DNA of 32,000 bases from contig JAXLZO010000001.1 in the NCBI GenBank assembly GCA_046350815.1, forward strand, positions 930,001 through 962,000, written 5' to 3'. Position 1 is the stretch's first letter. Each line of letters begins with the position of its first letter. Positions 21,836-31,135 of this stretch are shown here, in pieces. The stretch is from Candidatus Saccharimonadota bacterium (lineage in GTDB: Bacteria; Patescibacteriota; Gracilibacteria; BD1-5; UBA2023). The position numbers and the translations under genes are program-made. Under the pieces are notes generated by a model. It saw nothing but the letters and a program-made list of their open reading frames with translations, was not told where the DNA came from and did not search any database.

Positions 21836-22600
21836 ATGTCGCTTCAACTTCGCAACTATAATGTACATCTATCAGCAGAATCCAATCCGGCTACTATACT
21901 GAATGATATACAATGTGAGTTCACTCCAGGTACAACGACCTACATTCTTGGAAAAAATGGCTCTGGCAAAAGCTCGCTCCTCCTCTCTCTTGCATGAGCA
22001 CCATACTATACTACTCATGGAACAGCATTCCTCAGTGAGGTCGATATTTCCAACTTTGATGCCAGCAAACGCTCAGCACTTGGAATATTCATAGCGCTCC
22101 AATCAATTCCATCGATTCCTGGTGTGACGTATGGAGAATTTCTTCGAACGATCTACACACACAAAATCCAACGAGAAAATCCGGAATTCAAGATATCTCC
22201 ATTTGTTTTTGGTCGAATGCTCCAAAAGCACCTTGATGAGCTTCATTTGTCCAAAGATTTTCTCAAACGAGAGGTAAATGTCGGGTTTAGCGGCGGGGAA
22301 AAACGTCGTCTCGAGCTTCTACAATTACGACTCCTAGAACCAAACATCATTCTTCTTGATGAGATTGAATCAGGACTCGATATAGGAGTATTTGAGTTAC
22401 TCATATCAGAATTAATGAGACTTCGATCTGAATGAAAAACACTAATTATCGTCACTCATAATTTTGAGCTTATGAGACGTGTAGGTGGAGATCAAATACT
22501 CATTATCGAGAGCGGAAATCTCATTAAAACAGAGCAATTTTCTGATATATCAAGCACAGAACTAACCCAATATTTTGATTATCATCCAGAGCATGCATAG
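21836..22600 (+). CDS. sufC: Fe-S cluster assembly ATPase SufC, 254 aa
   Basis: The sequence is MSLQLRNYNVHL...ILGKNGSGKSSLLLSLA[TGA=G]APYY. The LAG motif follows Walker A as in E. coli SufC. Other motifs are FSGGEKRRLELLQL and ILLDEIESGLD. The stop is TAG. Confidence 0.93.
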
Positions 22601-23378
22601 AGAAGTCAAATGGGCAATCATCACTGGTGCAAGTGGCGGCATAGGCCGCGAACTCGCGCTCGAGATAACAAGACGTGGGTATCATCCAATCCTCGTAGGT
22701 CGCAATAGCGAAAGCCTCGATGCAGTCGCACTCTCTATTCAGCAAGAATTTGAAATAGAAGCGATCACCCTGCTTGCAGACCTCAGTGATGAATCAGGCT
22801 GGAGATCGATCAAAGGATTCATCGATGAACATATGCTCGAACCACAGGTACTCATCAACAATGCAGGCACCGGAATATATGGCAATCTCTCTGATACCGA
22901 GAGCGAAGATCTCTCATCCATGATCGATATCAATATCCGTGCTACGACGGAACTCACAAGGATATTTTCACGTGATTTTGCGGAACAATGATGCGGCTAT
23001 ATTCTCAATATTGCATCACTAGGAGGCCTTGCTCCTATGCCAAATATGGCAGTCTATGGTGCTTCAAAAGCATACATTGTATCTCTGAGTCTTGCTATGC
23101 GTGAGGAACTCAAGGAATCGAATGTGATGATTTCTGTCTCATGTCCAGGTCCAGTCGACACCAAATTTCTTATCAAAAACGGCTTTGAGTCCGCAAATTG
23201 GGCGCATGATGATAAAAATATTCTCTCTCCACACGATGTAGCAAAGAGAAGTATTGCATGACTTTTTGCAAATGAACCAATTATTCTTCACCGCAGACGA
23301 GATATATTTACAGCATATTTTCTTCGTATTATTCCGACCAAATGGAGTCTTGCACTCCTATCTCGACTCACCAAATAA
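22593..23378 (+). CDS. Short-chain dehydrogenase/reductase (SDR) family oxidoreductase, 261 aa
   Basis: Motifs are the TGASGGIGRE cofactor motif, NNAG, ..AEQ[G]CGYILNIASLGG and the catalytic YGASKAY (YxxxK). The ATG overlaps the sufC stop by 8 nt. The stop is TAA. Confidence 0.88.
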
Positions 23379-23387
23379 ATCCCATTT

Positions 23388-24770
23388 ATGCAAGACATCT
23401 CACGAGAATTCTTTGATCAAAGTGACACTATATCATATACTCACAATTTGCGTCCATGACTTCATGAAGATGTGATCCGATTTATCAGTAGTCAAAATCA
23501 TGAGCCACAATGGATGCTCGAACATAGACTCAAATCACTCGAGATATTCAGGTCGCTTGGTATGCCAAATTGGGGGCCAGATCTCAGTGATCTCGATCTA
23601 GAGAGTATCTATTATTTTGCTCAGCCAGAAGGTGCAAATGATGCAAAGAGCTGGGATGACGTCCCAGATAAGATCAAGAACACCTTTGAACGACTCGGGA
23701 TTCCAGAGGCAGAACGCACAATGCTTGCTTGAGTGGGTGCACAGTATGATTCTCAGGTTGTATACCACTCACTTAAAGAAGAAATCAAAGAAAAAGGAGT
23801 CATCTTCGAAGATATGTCAATCGCACTTCGTGATCATGAAGATATCGTACGAAAACATTTTATGAGAGCTGTTCCGAGCTCCGATCATAAATTTGCAGCA
23901 CTCCACGGCGCGGTATGGAGTGGTGGAACATTTCTCTATATCCCAAAAAATGTTGAGATATCAGAGCCACTCCAAGCATATTTTCGTATGAATGTGAAGT
24001 CTGGTGGGCAATTCGAGCATACGCTTATAGTCCTCGAAGAAGGAGCTCATGCTCACTATATTGAAGGTTGCTCTGCGCCAAAGTATGGTACCAATTCGCT
24101 CCATGCATGATGCGTGGAGATCTATGTTGGTGAATGAGCATCAATGCGATATTCGAGCGTTGAGAATTGGTCGATCGATACATACAACCTCAATACAAAA
24201 CGTGCCATCGTTCAGAAGAATGCATCCATGGAATGGGTCGGCGGCAATCTCGGAAGTGGTACAACGATGCTCTACCCTGCGAGTGTTCTCCTCGGCGATT
24301 ATTCCAGCGCACGCCATATAGGAGTTGCTTTTGCGAATACTGATATGGAGAGCGATACAGGAGCAAAAGTAACCCATATTGGCAAATATACCCGATCACA
24401 AGTAACATCCAAATCCCTCTCAAAATGAGGAGGAAGATCCACCTATCGTGGCCTCATCAATATCAAGCCAAGTGCCATCGGATCTGTATCCAATGTTGAC
24501 TGTGATGGACTTATTCTCGATGCATCATCCAAGAGTGACACCTATCCAGAGATACGAATTGCTAATAATTCAAGTCAGGTCACACATGAGGCAAAAACAG
24601 GATCTCTCTCAGAAGAAGCACTCTTTTACCTCTCAAGTCGATGATTGAGCGAAGACCTCGCAAAGAATATGATTGTTGGTGGCTTCCTCTCCCCTATCAC
24701 TGCCGAACTTCCACTCGAATACGCCATGGAAATGAACGCGCTCATACAGATGGAAATGGAGTGAATTTAG
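23388..24770 (+). CDS. sufB: Fe-S cluster assembly scaffold SufB, 460 aa
   Basis: The sequence is [11 protein letters not shown]...[17 protein letters not shown]...[21 protein letters not shown]...[10 protein letters not shown]...WVGGNLGS.. Four track fragments are in one frame and joined only by TGA. The protein ends ..EMEME[G]I-TAG. Confidence 0.95.
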
Positions 24771-24797
24771 AAATTATTTTTCGATACTACCGATACT

Positions 24798-25928
24798 ATG
24801 CAGAAAATATTTGATAAAAATACGAGGAAACTTTTACTCTCACGATGAGAGGATTTTATTGTGTCGTTCATTACAAAATGATGTGCTGGAAATAAAGTAA
24901 GTATAGCTATCGCAACGGATGAATATTTTGACAAGAATCTTGACTGCATTATGGAAGGCCAAGAAGGCGATATTCCACTCTGTCTTTGGATAGCACCAGA
25001 AGACACACATCTCCTCGAGAATGCTCGAATGACGATCGTCCCAAAATGAACTGGGGAAACAGTGATTTATACAAGCAATAAAGTATCAAAACGATGCGGA
25101 TGTGGATCGAGTTTTGCCGTAGAGTGAAGAGAAAATACCGCGCACAAACACGAAGAATCCAATCAAGAAAAGATAAAAAAACTCAGTGGCAAAATAACAT
25201 CTCTCAAGGGAAATTTTACAAAGAAATGAACCATCCCAGAAAAAGTTATCTATCTCTCACAAGAGTTATCAACGGATAATAACAGGTTTTTCACTCTCAA
25301 TAAAGAACAAAAACTCATCATTATCGACGATCTCCCTGAGAGTGAAATGGGCATATCCCTATCGGGGATGGGGTCGCTCGAATATTATCTTCTCCTCATT
25401 GAGAGTACCTCACGGAAGCGACTCATCAAATCATTGAACAACCATCAACATATCACAACCCATTTCTTTGTGAATGAATCACAGCAAGATACCCAAACCC
25501 AAAAGAAGAACTATGAGCTCGTGATCGAGGTACATGGATCTCATACGCAGTTAGCATCAAAGAGTCTCACGCTCTCATCAAGCCCAATTCTCACTCGTGT
25601 ACTATCAGGTATTCGCATTCTCTCGGGTCACTCTCATGAGGCAACACTCACACAACGATCTATTCTCCTCTCGGATAATGCATCCATTGCTCAAATTCCA
25701 CTTCTCGATGTTCATACGAACGATACCAAGGCAAGTCACTCAGCAAACATTGTATCCATTACTCCAGAAGAAACTTTCTATATGATGAGTCGTGGGATAT
25801 CGGATGAAGATGCAAAGAATATGAAAATAGTATCGCTCATACGAGAAGTTGTTGATCAACAATATTTGACTCAAGAAGATATAGAACAGTTACTTTTTAG
25901 GCACAATCCCAATCTTGAATCATTCTAA
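24798..25928 (+). CDS. SufA/IscA (HesB)-like domain fused in frame to a SufD-like C-terminal domain, 376 aa
   Basis: Residues 1-109 carry HesB motifs, TK[G]CAGNKVSIAI and ..SKRCGCGSSFAVE. TGA follows at 25125-25127, then a basic linker. The remainder is a SufD-type beta-helix and C-terminus: LLSDNASIAQIPLLDVHTNDTKASHSANIVSITPEETFYMMSRGISDEDAKNM. I checked the frame codon by codon from 25080 to 25347 and found no TAA or TAG. Confidence 0.75.
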
Positions 25929-25969
25929 AAAATATCCTCTCTTCATTCAATGAAGAGAGGATATTTTTT
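25927..25969 (+). terminator. Rho-independent terminator after sufA::sufD
   Basis: A perfect stem of at least 15 bp (AATATCCTCTCTTCA / TGAAGAGAGGATATT) with a TTCAA loop. The downstream T-run partly pairs with the upstream A-run. Confidence 0.75.
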
Positions 25970-26059
25970 ATTAATCTAGTCAATTTTTCTTTTCTGGATG
26001 CTTCACTCGAAGCCAGAGTATTTCAAAGAGTCTTGCGAGTTGTTTGGAAAGGATCTAAA

Positions 26060-26100
26060 TTCAGATATAATTTTCACATTCAATGAAAATTATATCTGAA
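26060..26100. repeat. Perfect 17-bp inverted repeat with a 7-nt loop, 30 bp upstream of the DKNYY gene
   Basis: The sequence TTCAGATATAATTTTCA-CATTCAA-TGAAAATTATATCTGAA was read directly. No T-tract follows it. Confidence 0.6.
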
Positions 26101-26130
26101 TAATCGATTTAGAGTTCTATGTTTAAAAAA

Positions 26131-27150
26131 ATGTGCCTTATCTTACTAGCTATCACAGTTTTTGTAGTCATTCTTATTCCAGATAGGAATACTATTCCAC
26201 GAGATGCACAATTTATTGGTGGTTGATATTACAAAAATGGGAATGATGTATATTTTGAAACGGGTTGAGGTTTTTTTCTTCAACTTCATGATCCGTATGA
26301 AGCATACAGAATTGATGAGGCTGATGGCAAAACATTTAGCTATCTTGGTAATAGTTTTGCAAAGGATAAAAACCATGTATATTTTACATGAAGAATTATT
26401 AAATGAGCTAATCCTGATAAGTTTAAATTTGCATCTGGATCATTTTCACAGTATGTTATAGATGATAAAAATGTTTGGTATGGAGATGAAGCTATACCAC
26501 TCGTAGATATTGAAACATTTAGCTATCTTGGTAATAGTTTTGCAAAGGATAAAAACCATGTATATTTTACATGAAGAATTATTAAATGAGCTAATCCTGA
26601 TAAGTTTAAATTTGCATCTGGATCATTTTCACAGTATGTTATAGATGATAAAAATGTTTGGTATGGAGATGAATTATTACAAGATCGAGACCCATGAACT
26701 TTTGGATTAATATATGATATTTTTCCGCATGAATATACAAAAGACAAAGAGAATGTATGGTATAATAGAGAAATAATAGTATGAGCGGATCCTAAAACAT
26801 TTGAACTACTGAGACCAACAGACGGGCTTACCACTTATTCTAAAGACAAAAATTACGTATACCTCAACTGAAAAAAAATCGATATAGATACTAAAACGGT
26901 TAAGGTTGTAGAATGACAAACTGGTACGATTAGATTTCTCAGAGACCAATATGGTGTCTATTGCTTTGAATCAAAAAGAGAATGACATGATAAATTACAA
27001 TTAAATTGAATTAATCTTAACACATTTGAACTTTTGAATAGTGAATACTTAAGAGATGATAAGCATGTATATTTTGCTAATTGTACTTATCAATGATTTT
27101 ACTTTAAAATAGTAAAATGAGCGGATCCTAAAACGTTTAAAATTAAGTAA
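26131..27150 (+). CDS. DKNYY-family repeat protein with an N-terminal membrane anchor or signal, 339 aa
   Basis: The N-terminus is MCLILLAITVFVVILIP. The repeat motifs recur: KDKNHVYFT[G]RIIK[G]ANPDKF, DDKNVWYG, KDKENVWYNREIIV[G]ADPKTF, KDKNYVYLN and DDKHVYFA...VK[G]ADPKTF. The frame is joined through about 15 TGA codons. The stop is TAA. Confidence 0.8.
26330..26673 (+). repeat. Intragenic tandem duplication: two 100% identical 161-bp copies (26330-26490 and 26513-26673) with a 183-bp period
   Basis: Direct comparison of the two stretches. The offset is 183 bp, or 61 codons, so the duplication is in frame and duplicates one DKNYY repeat unit. Confidence 0.9.
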
Positions 27151-27295
27151 TAATAACGATAAGTGAAAGCCACCCGTAAGAAATAACGATAATTTATACA
27201 CCAATATATAATTCTTACATGGGAATTGATAATACAAAAAATTCTCAATTTCACAATTTTGTTTACAATACAGTACAAAACAAGATAACAATTCC

Positions 27296-28486
27296 ATGAA
27301 ATCCGACTTTCCTATATTCTCGAATCGCCCACTCGTCTACCTTGATTCGGCTGCAACCACCCAAAAACCACAATACGTTATTGATAAAGTAGCTGAGTAT
27401 TTAACTACAAGCAATGCAAATATTCATCGTGGTGGATATGCTATCTCTGATGAGAGTGCAGAACTTTATCTCAATTCGAAGAAATCCTATCAGGAGCTTG
27501 TGCACGCAGGTAAAGAATATTCAACCGTATATAGCGCCAATGCAACTCATGCTATCAATGAAATAGCGCTGATGATCGAGCGAAGTGTAAAAGTACAATC
27601 ATGAGATCAGATCATCATACAACGAGACAACCATCATGCGAATATTGTACCATGGATGATACTTGCGCAAAAAACAGGAGCAACCATTGTATGGCTCGAT
27701 ACTCATAATATATCTTCGGGAAATATCATAAAACAACTTCAACAGATCACGACAGAGCACACAAAAATTATTGCACTAACTCTCGTGACCAATGTGACGG
27801 GAGCAATCTATCCATGGAAAAATCTTTGAAGTACTCTCGGCAATAAGATCTATACTGTCGTTGATGCAAGTCAGGCACTCCCCCATCATCTACTCGATAT
27901 AGAGAGTCTCAATGCGAGCTTTGCCGTCGCAACAGCACACAAATACTATGCTCTCACAGGACTTGGGATGTACACAGCAAAAACCGATCTTCTGAGGGAA
28001 CTCACTCCTGGCATTGGATGAGGTGGAGCAATCAATTTTGTCAGAGAAGATGGGTTTGAATTTGCCGGTATGCCTTATCGACACGAGCCTGGCACACCAA
28101 ATGTTGTCGCTGCAGTATCGCTCCTCGCAGCAATTGAATATTTACGAGATAAAAAAAAGCTGATCCAGTCAAAGGAAGATGAACTCACATCATATTTTCT
28201 CTCTTGATTTGAGGATATTCAAGAGAGATTCGAACTCTTGCAATCTCCTACAGGAAATTGAGTAGGAATATTCTCTCTTGTACCAAAAATCGGACACATC
28301 GCAGACTATAGCGACTACCTCTGAGAGCGTCACATAGCCGTGCGAGCTGGACAGCATTGTTGTGAGCCATATCATACTATCTGTAATATATCATGAACAC
28401 TTCGTGTAAGCTTTGGGATATATACAACCCAAGAAGATATTGATACATTCTTTAGAGTTCTCAAATCATCATACGACTATGTATAA
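27296..28486 (+). CDS. sufS: Cysteine desulfurase SufS (class V aminotransferase), 396 aa
   Basis: The sequence is FPIFSNRPLVYLDSAATTQKP...VDASQALPH...ATAHKYYALTGLG (PLP lysine)...TPGIG[TGA=G]GGAI...RAGQHCCEP (catalytic Cys). The frame is joined only by TGA. The stop is TAA. Confidence 0.93.
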
Positions 28487-28880
28487 TGCTTATTTTCTCG
28501 AGTGTGCAAAAAGTCCGACACACAAGTGATCTCTGAATGATCCAAGTATCCGCTACCGAGAAGAAAATCGTCATTGTGGTGAAGCTATTACTATAGATCT
28601 CTCCATTCGAGATAATCGTGTAGACATTATTCGTTTTAACGGAGATCTCTCGATTGTGACAACCGGAAGTGCTGAGATACTCTGCGAGAATATTACTGAT
28701 ATGACCATAGATGAGATATTTACCCTTACTAGTGATGATATGCTCGCAATGACCGAGATAGAAGTAACCAATCGACGTAAACTTGCACTTATACTCCCAC
28801 TTCTCTCTACAAGAAATGCACTCCATACATATCTTTGTGATGGGATACGAGATGATTTTGGAACATTATTAGATCTATAG
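28479..28880 (+). CDS. SufU/IscU-like protein, degenerate (only one of the three canonical Cys ligands is retained), 133 aa
   Basis: The ATG overlaps the sufS stop (ATGTATAA). The sequence is MYNAYFLECAKSPTHK[G]SLNDPSIRYREENRHCGEAITIDLSIRDNRVDIIRFNGDLSIVTTGSAE...RRKLALILPLLSTRNAL, and it aligns by eye with B. subtilis SufU. The stop is TAG. Confidence 0.7.
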
Positions 28881-28940
28881 AAAAGAAATAAGTCAAGAAT
28901 ATAAAACCATCCACATTTGCAAAACCAATACGATTATGTT

Positions 28941-29555
28941 ATGCTTAAAACCATACGTATATCGTATTTTATAATCTTTTTTGTTATGCTTCTTCTTATT
29001 ATTGGCCCTATCCTCGTTATTACTCTTCTGGTTCTTATCGGAATGTATAATTCCATTATTTCCATAAAGAACAAAGTAGCTGAGTCATTTTCAGCGATTG
29101 ATGCGGTTCTTCAAAATCGATATGATCTCATTCCTAATCTTGTAGAGGTAGTGAAACAATATGCCTCACATGAAGCATGAGTTCTTGGTCATGTATCAGA
29201 GATGCGAGCAAAACTTGTATGAACCAATGGTCAAGCAAATGCAGATCGATTTGCTACAGAAAATGAGCTTCAATCAACTATGAAGTCTATCTTCGCTCTT
29301 GCAGAAAATTACCCTGATCTCAAGGCAAGTACTAATTTTCTCGAGCTTCAAACACAATGGTCAGAAATGGAAGATCGTCTCCAAGGGGCACGCAGAGCAT
29401 ACAATGCCTCTGTAAAAGCTCTCAACGATAAAAAAGAAATGTTTCCATCAAGTATCGTTGCAAGCATGATCAATATACCAACTTACTCACTCTATGAGGC
29501 AACAGCGGAGGCTCGCACAACTCAAATGGATGCAAAAAAAATGTTTGCTTCATAG
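28941..29555 (+). CDS. lemA: LemA family membrane protein, 204 aa
   Basis: An N-terminal TM segment is followed by YNSIISIKNKVAESFSAIDAVLQNRYDLIPNLVEVVKQYASHEA[G]VLGHVSEMRA...YPDLKASTNFLELQ...RRAYNASV, the LemA signature. The stop is TAG. Confidence 0.9.
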
Positions 29556-29563
29556 TGTAGTGT

Positions 29564-30859
29564 ATGAATACTAATATCAATTTTTGAGATCTACCTAATA
29601 TCAGTGAAAAACTCAATGCTTCAGAAATCGCCGAGATGAACAAAGTATTCAATGATCCTCAAGTTCAGCAACGTCTCGAAGAAATTGAAATACAGAGAAT
29701 AACACTTCAGAGATGGAAATATTGAATATATGGCATTATTATACTATCTAGCATAGCTGGATCCATAGATACTCATTTTTCCCAACTATTTGGAATAATT
29801 ACACTTCTGGGCTTTGCAGCTTATGGCTTTCTACAGATAAAATTCTCAAAATTAGTAAATATACCACTAAAAGTAGATGTATTGAGCAAACTTTGCTCAG
29901 TAATATATTCCAAGTTACTATACTCTTATGATGAAAAATATTCGTTTAATGAAATAAATATTCTTCGTGATAAATGAATATTGCAGTCCTATGATAGAAT
30001 TGATTCTGTTGAAGATAGCATGGAATTCGATGTAGATCAAAACGGGAAAAAAATGTTTGTGAATGCTTTTGAAATCAAGACATCCAAAATGCTTGAAAAA
30101 AGAAGCTACAGGCATGGTCATGCAAGTAGACATAGAAAAAGAGTAGTGACGAATCATGCATATCTAATAAAAGCCGTGTTTCCAAATGCCCGTATTCCCA
30201 TGAAAAGTGATTTGGTAATAACCAATGATCAAACTCTAAATAGAGCTATCATGATTCCTTTTGCATCAGGTATGACTTGATTTATGATTTGAGCACTTTC
30301 TTTCCATTATCTCTCATGACTTAATCTCCCAGGAAATACCGAAATTCTATTTGCATTAACTATTGGGTGTAGCCTCTGATTATTGATGTACAAAAAAATG
30401 AAAATGATAAATGAAATGAACAAGGTTGAAATGGAGAATATTGAATTTGAAAAACTCTTTGATGTAAAATGTGAAGACCAAGTTACGAGCCGTATGATCC
30501 TCACTCCAGCATTTATGGATCGTATCGTTTCATTTGTACATAAAACTGGGAATCAATACGAATTTCTCTTTCAAGGGAATACACTCTATATCAAGAGAAA
30601 AATTCCAGGGAAATACCTCGAAGTTGGTACCGAAAAAAACATCCTCACCAATCTATCATGATTTGTTCAATTTTATTGTGATATGAGAGAAGTAATGCTC
30701 TTCATCAATGATATGAACCTCATGTATCTCTCTAAAACTGATAGTTCTCTTGTAAATATAAGTCAAGAGTATCATCGATCGGAAGCTCTGAGATTTGAGA
30801 AAGTAAGTCCACTCTGATTTTTTGCGAAATTCCAACCATTACTTCGTTTTATCAGATAA
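29564..30859 (+). CDS. Membrane protein resembling the DUF3137 family (a frequent LemA partner), 431 aa
   Basis: The gene starts 9 nt after lemA. It has two TM pairs. The block FEKLFDVKCEDQVTSRMILTPAFMDRIVSF resembles the conserved DUF3137 motif, recalled from memory. The frame is joined by about 10 TGA codons. The stop is TAA. Confidence 0.7.
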
Positions 30860-30907
30860 ATAAAGAAAATATATATTCATATAAAGGTCTAAACGACTAT
30901 TCTACAT

Positions 30908-30940
30908 AAGCAAAAAGAACCTCACGGTTCTTTTTGCTTT
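30908..30940. terminator. Stem-loop terminator between convergent genes
   Basis: A 14-bp stem (AAGCAAAAAGAACC / GGTTCTTTTTGCTT) with a TCAC loop. It is A/T-run rich on both arms, so it could work in both directions. Confidence 0.6.
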
Positions 30941-31135
30941 CATTGAGCCACAATGAATACATTTATCATATCAACGTAAGGAATTAGACTTACCAATCCA
31001 GCGAGTTACGATTGTTGAGGCGAGTTAGAGATCTACTTCTACTGTAATACTTGAACGTACCATCCATTCCCAAGATTTCCAGCTACACGGGAATAACATT
31101 TATATTATTCTGTCATTCTGAAATTGATTTAAGAC

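Noticed and set aside
26330-26673. The 161-bp repeat pair as a CRISPR array or a DGR template/variable repeat pair.
   Set aside because: There are only two copies, each far longer than a CRISPR repeat, and they are in frame inside a coding repeat protein. The copies are identical, whereas a DGR would show adenine-specific differences, and no reverse transcriptase is nearby.
26146-26834. Minus-strand ORFs 26146-26376 and 26523-26834.
   Set aside because: They lie antisense to the DKNYY-repeat gene. Their near-identical segments simply mirror the tandem duplication on the + strand.
30941-31135. The 195-bp unassigned spacer between convergent genes. I inspected both strands for a tRNA (including the tRNA-Gly-UCA expected for this code), a small RNA or a short ORF.
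   Set aside because: I found no T-loop (GTTCRAnnC) or D-loop signature and no cloverleaf-compatible acceptor pairing. Only ORFs of 25 codons or fewer are present. It is left unannotated, and a covariance-model scan would be the proper test.
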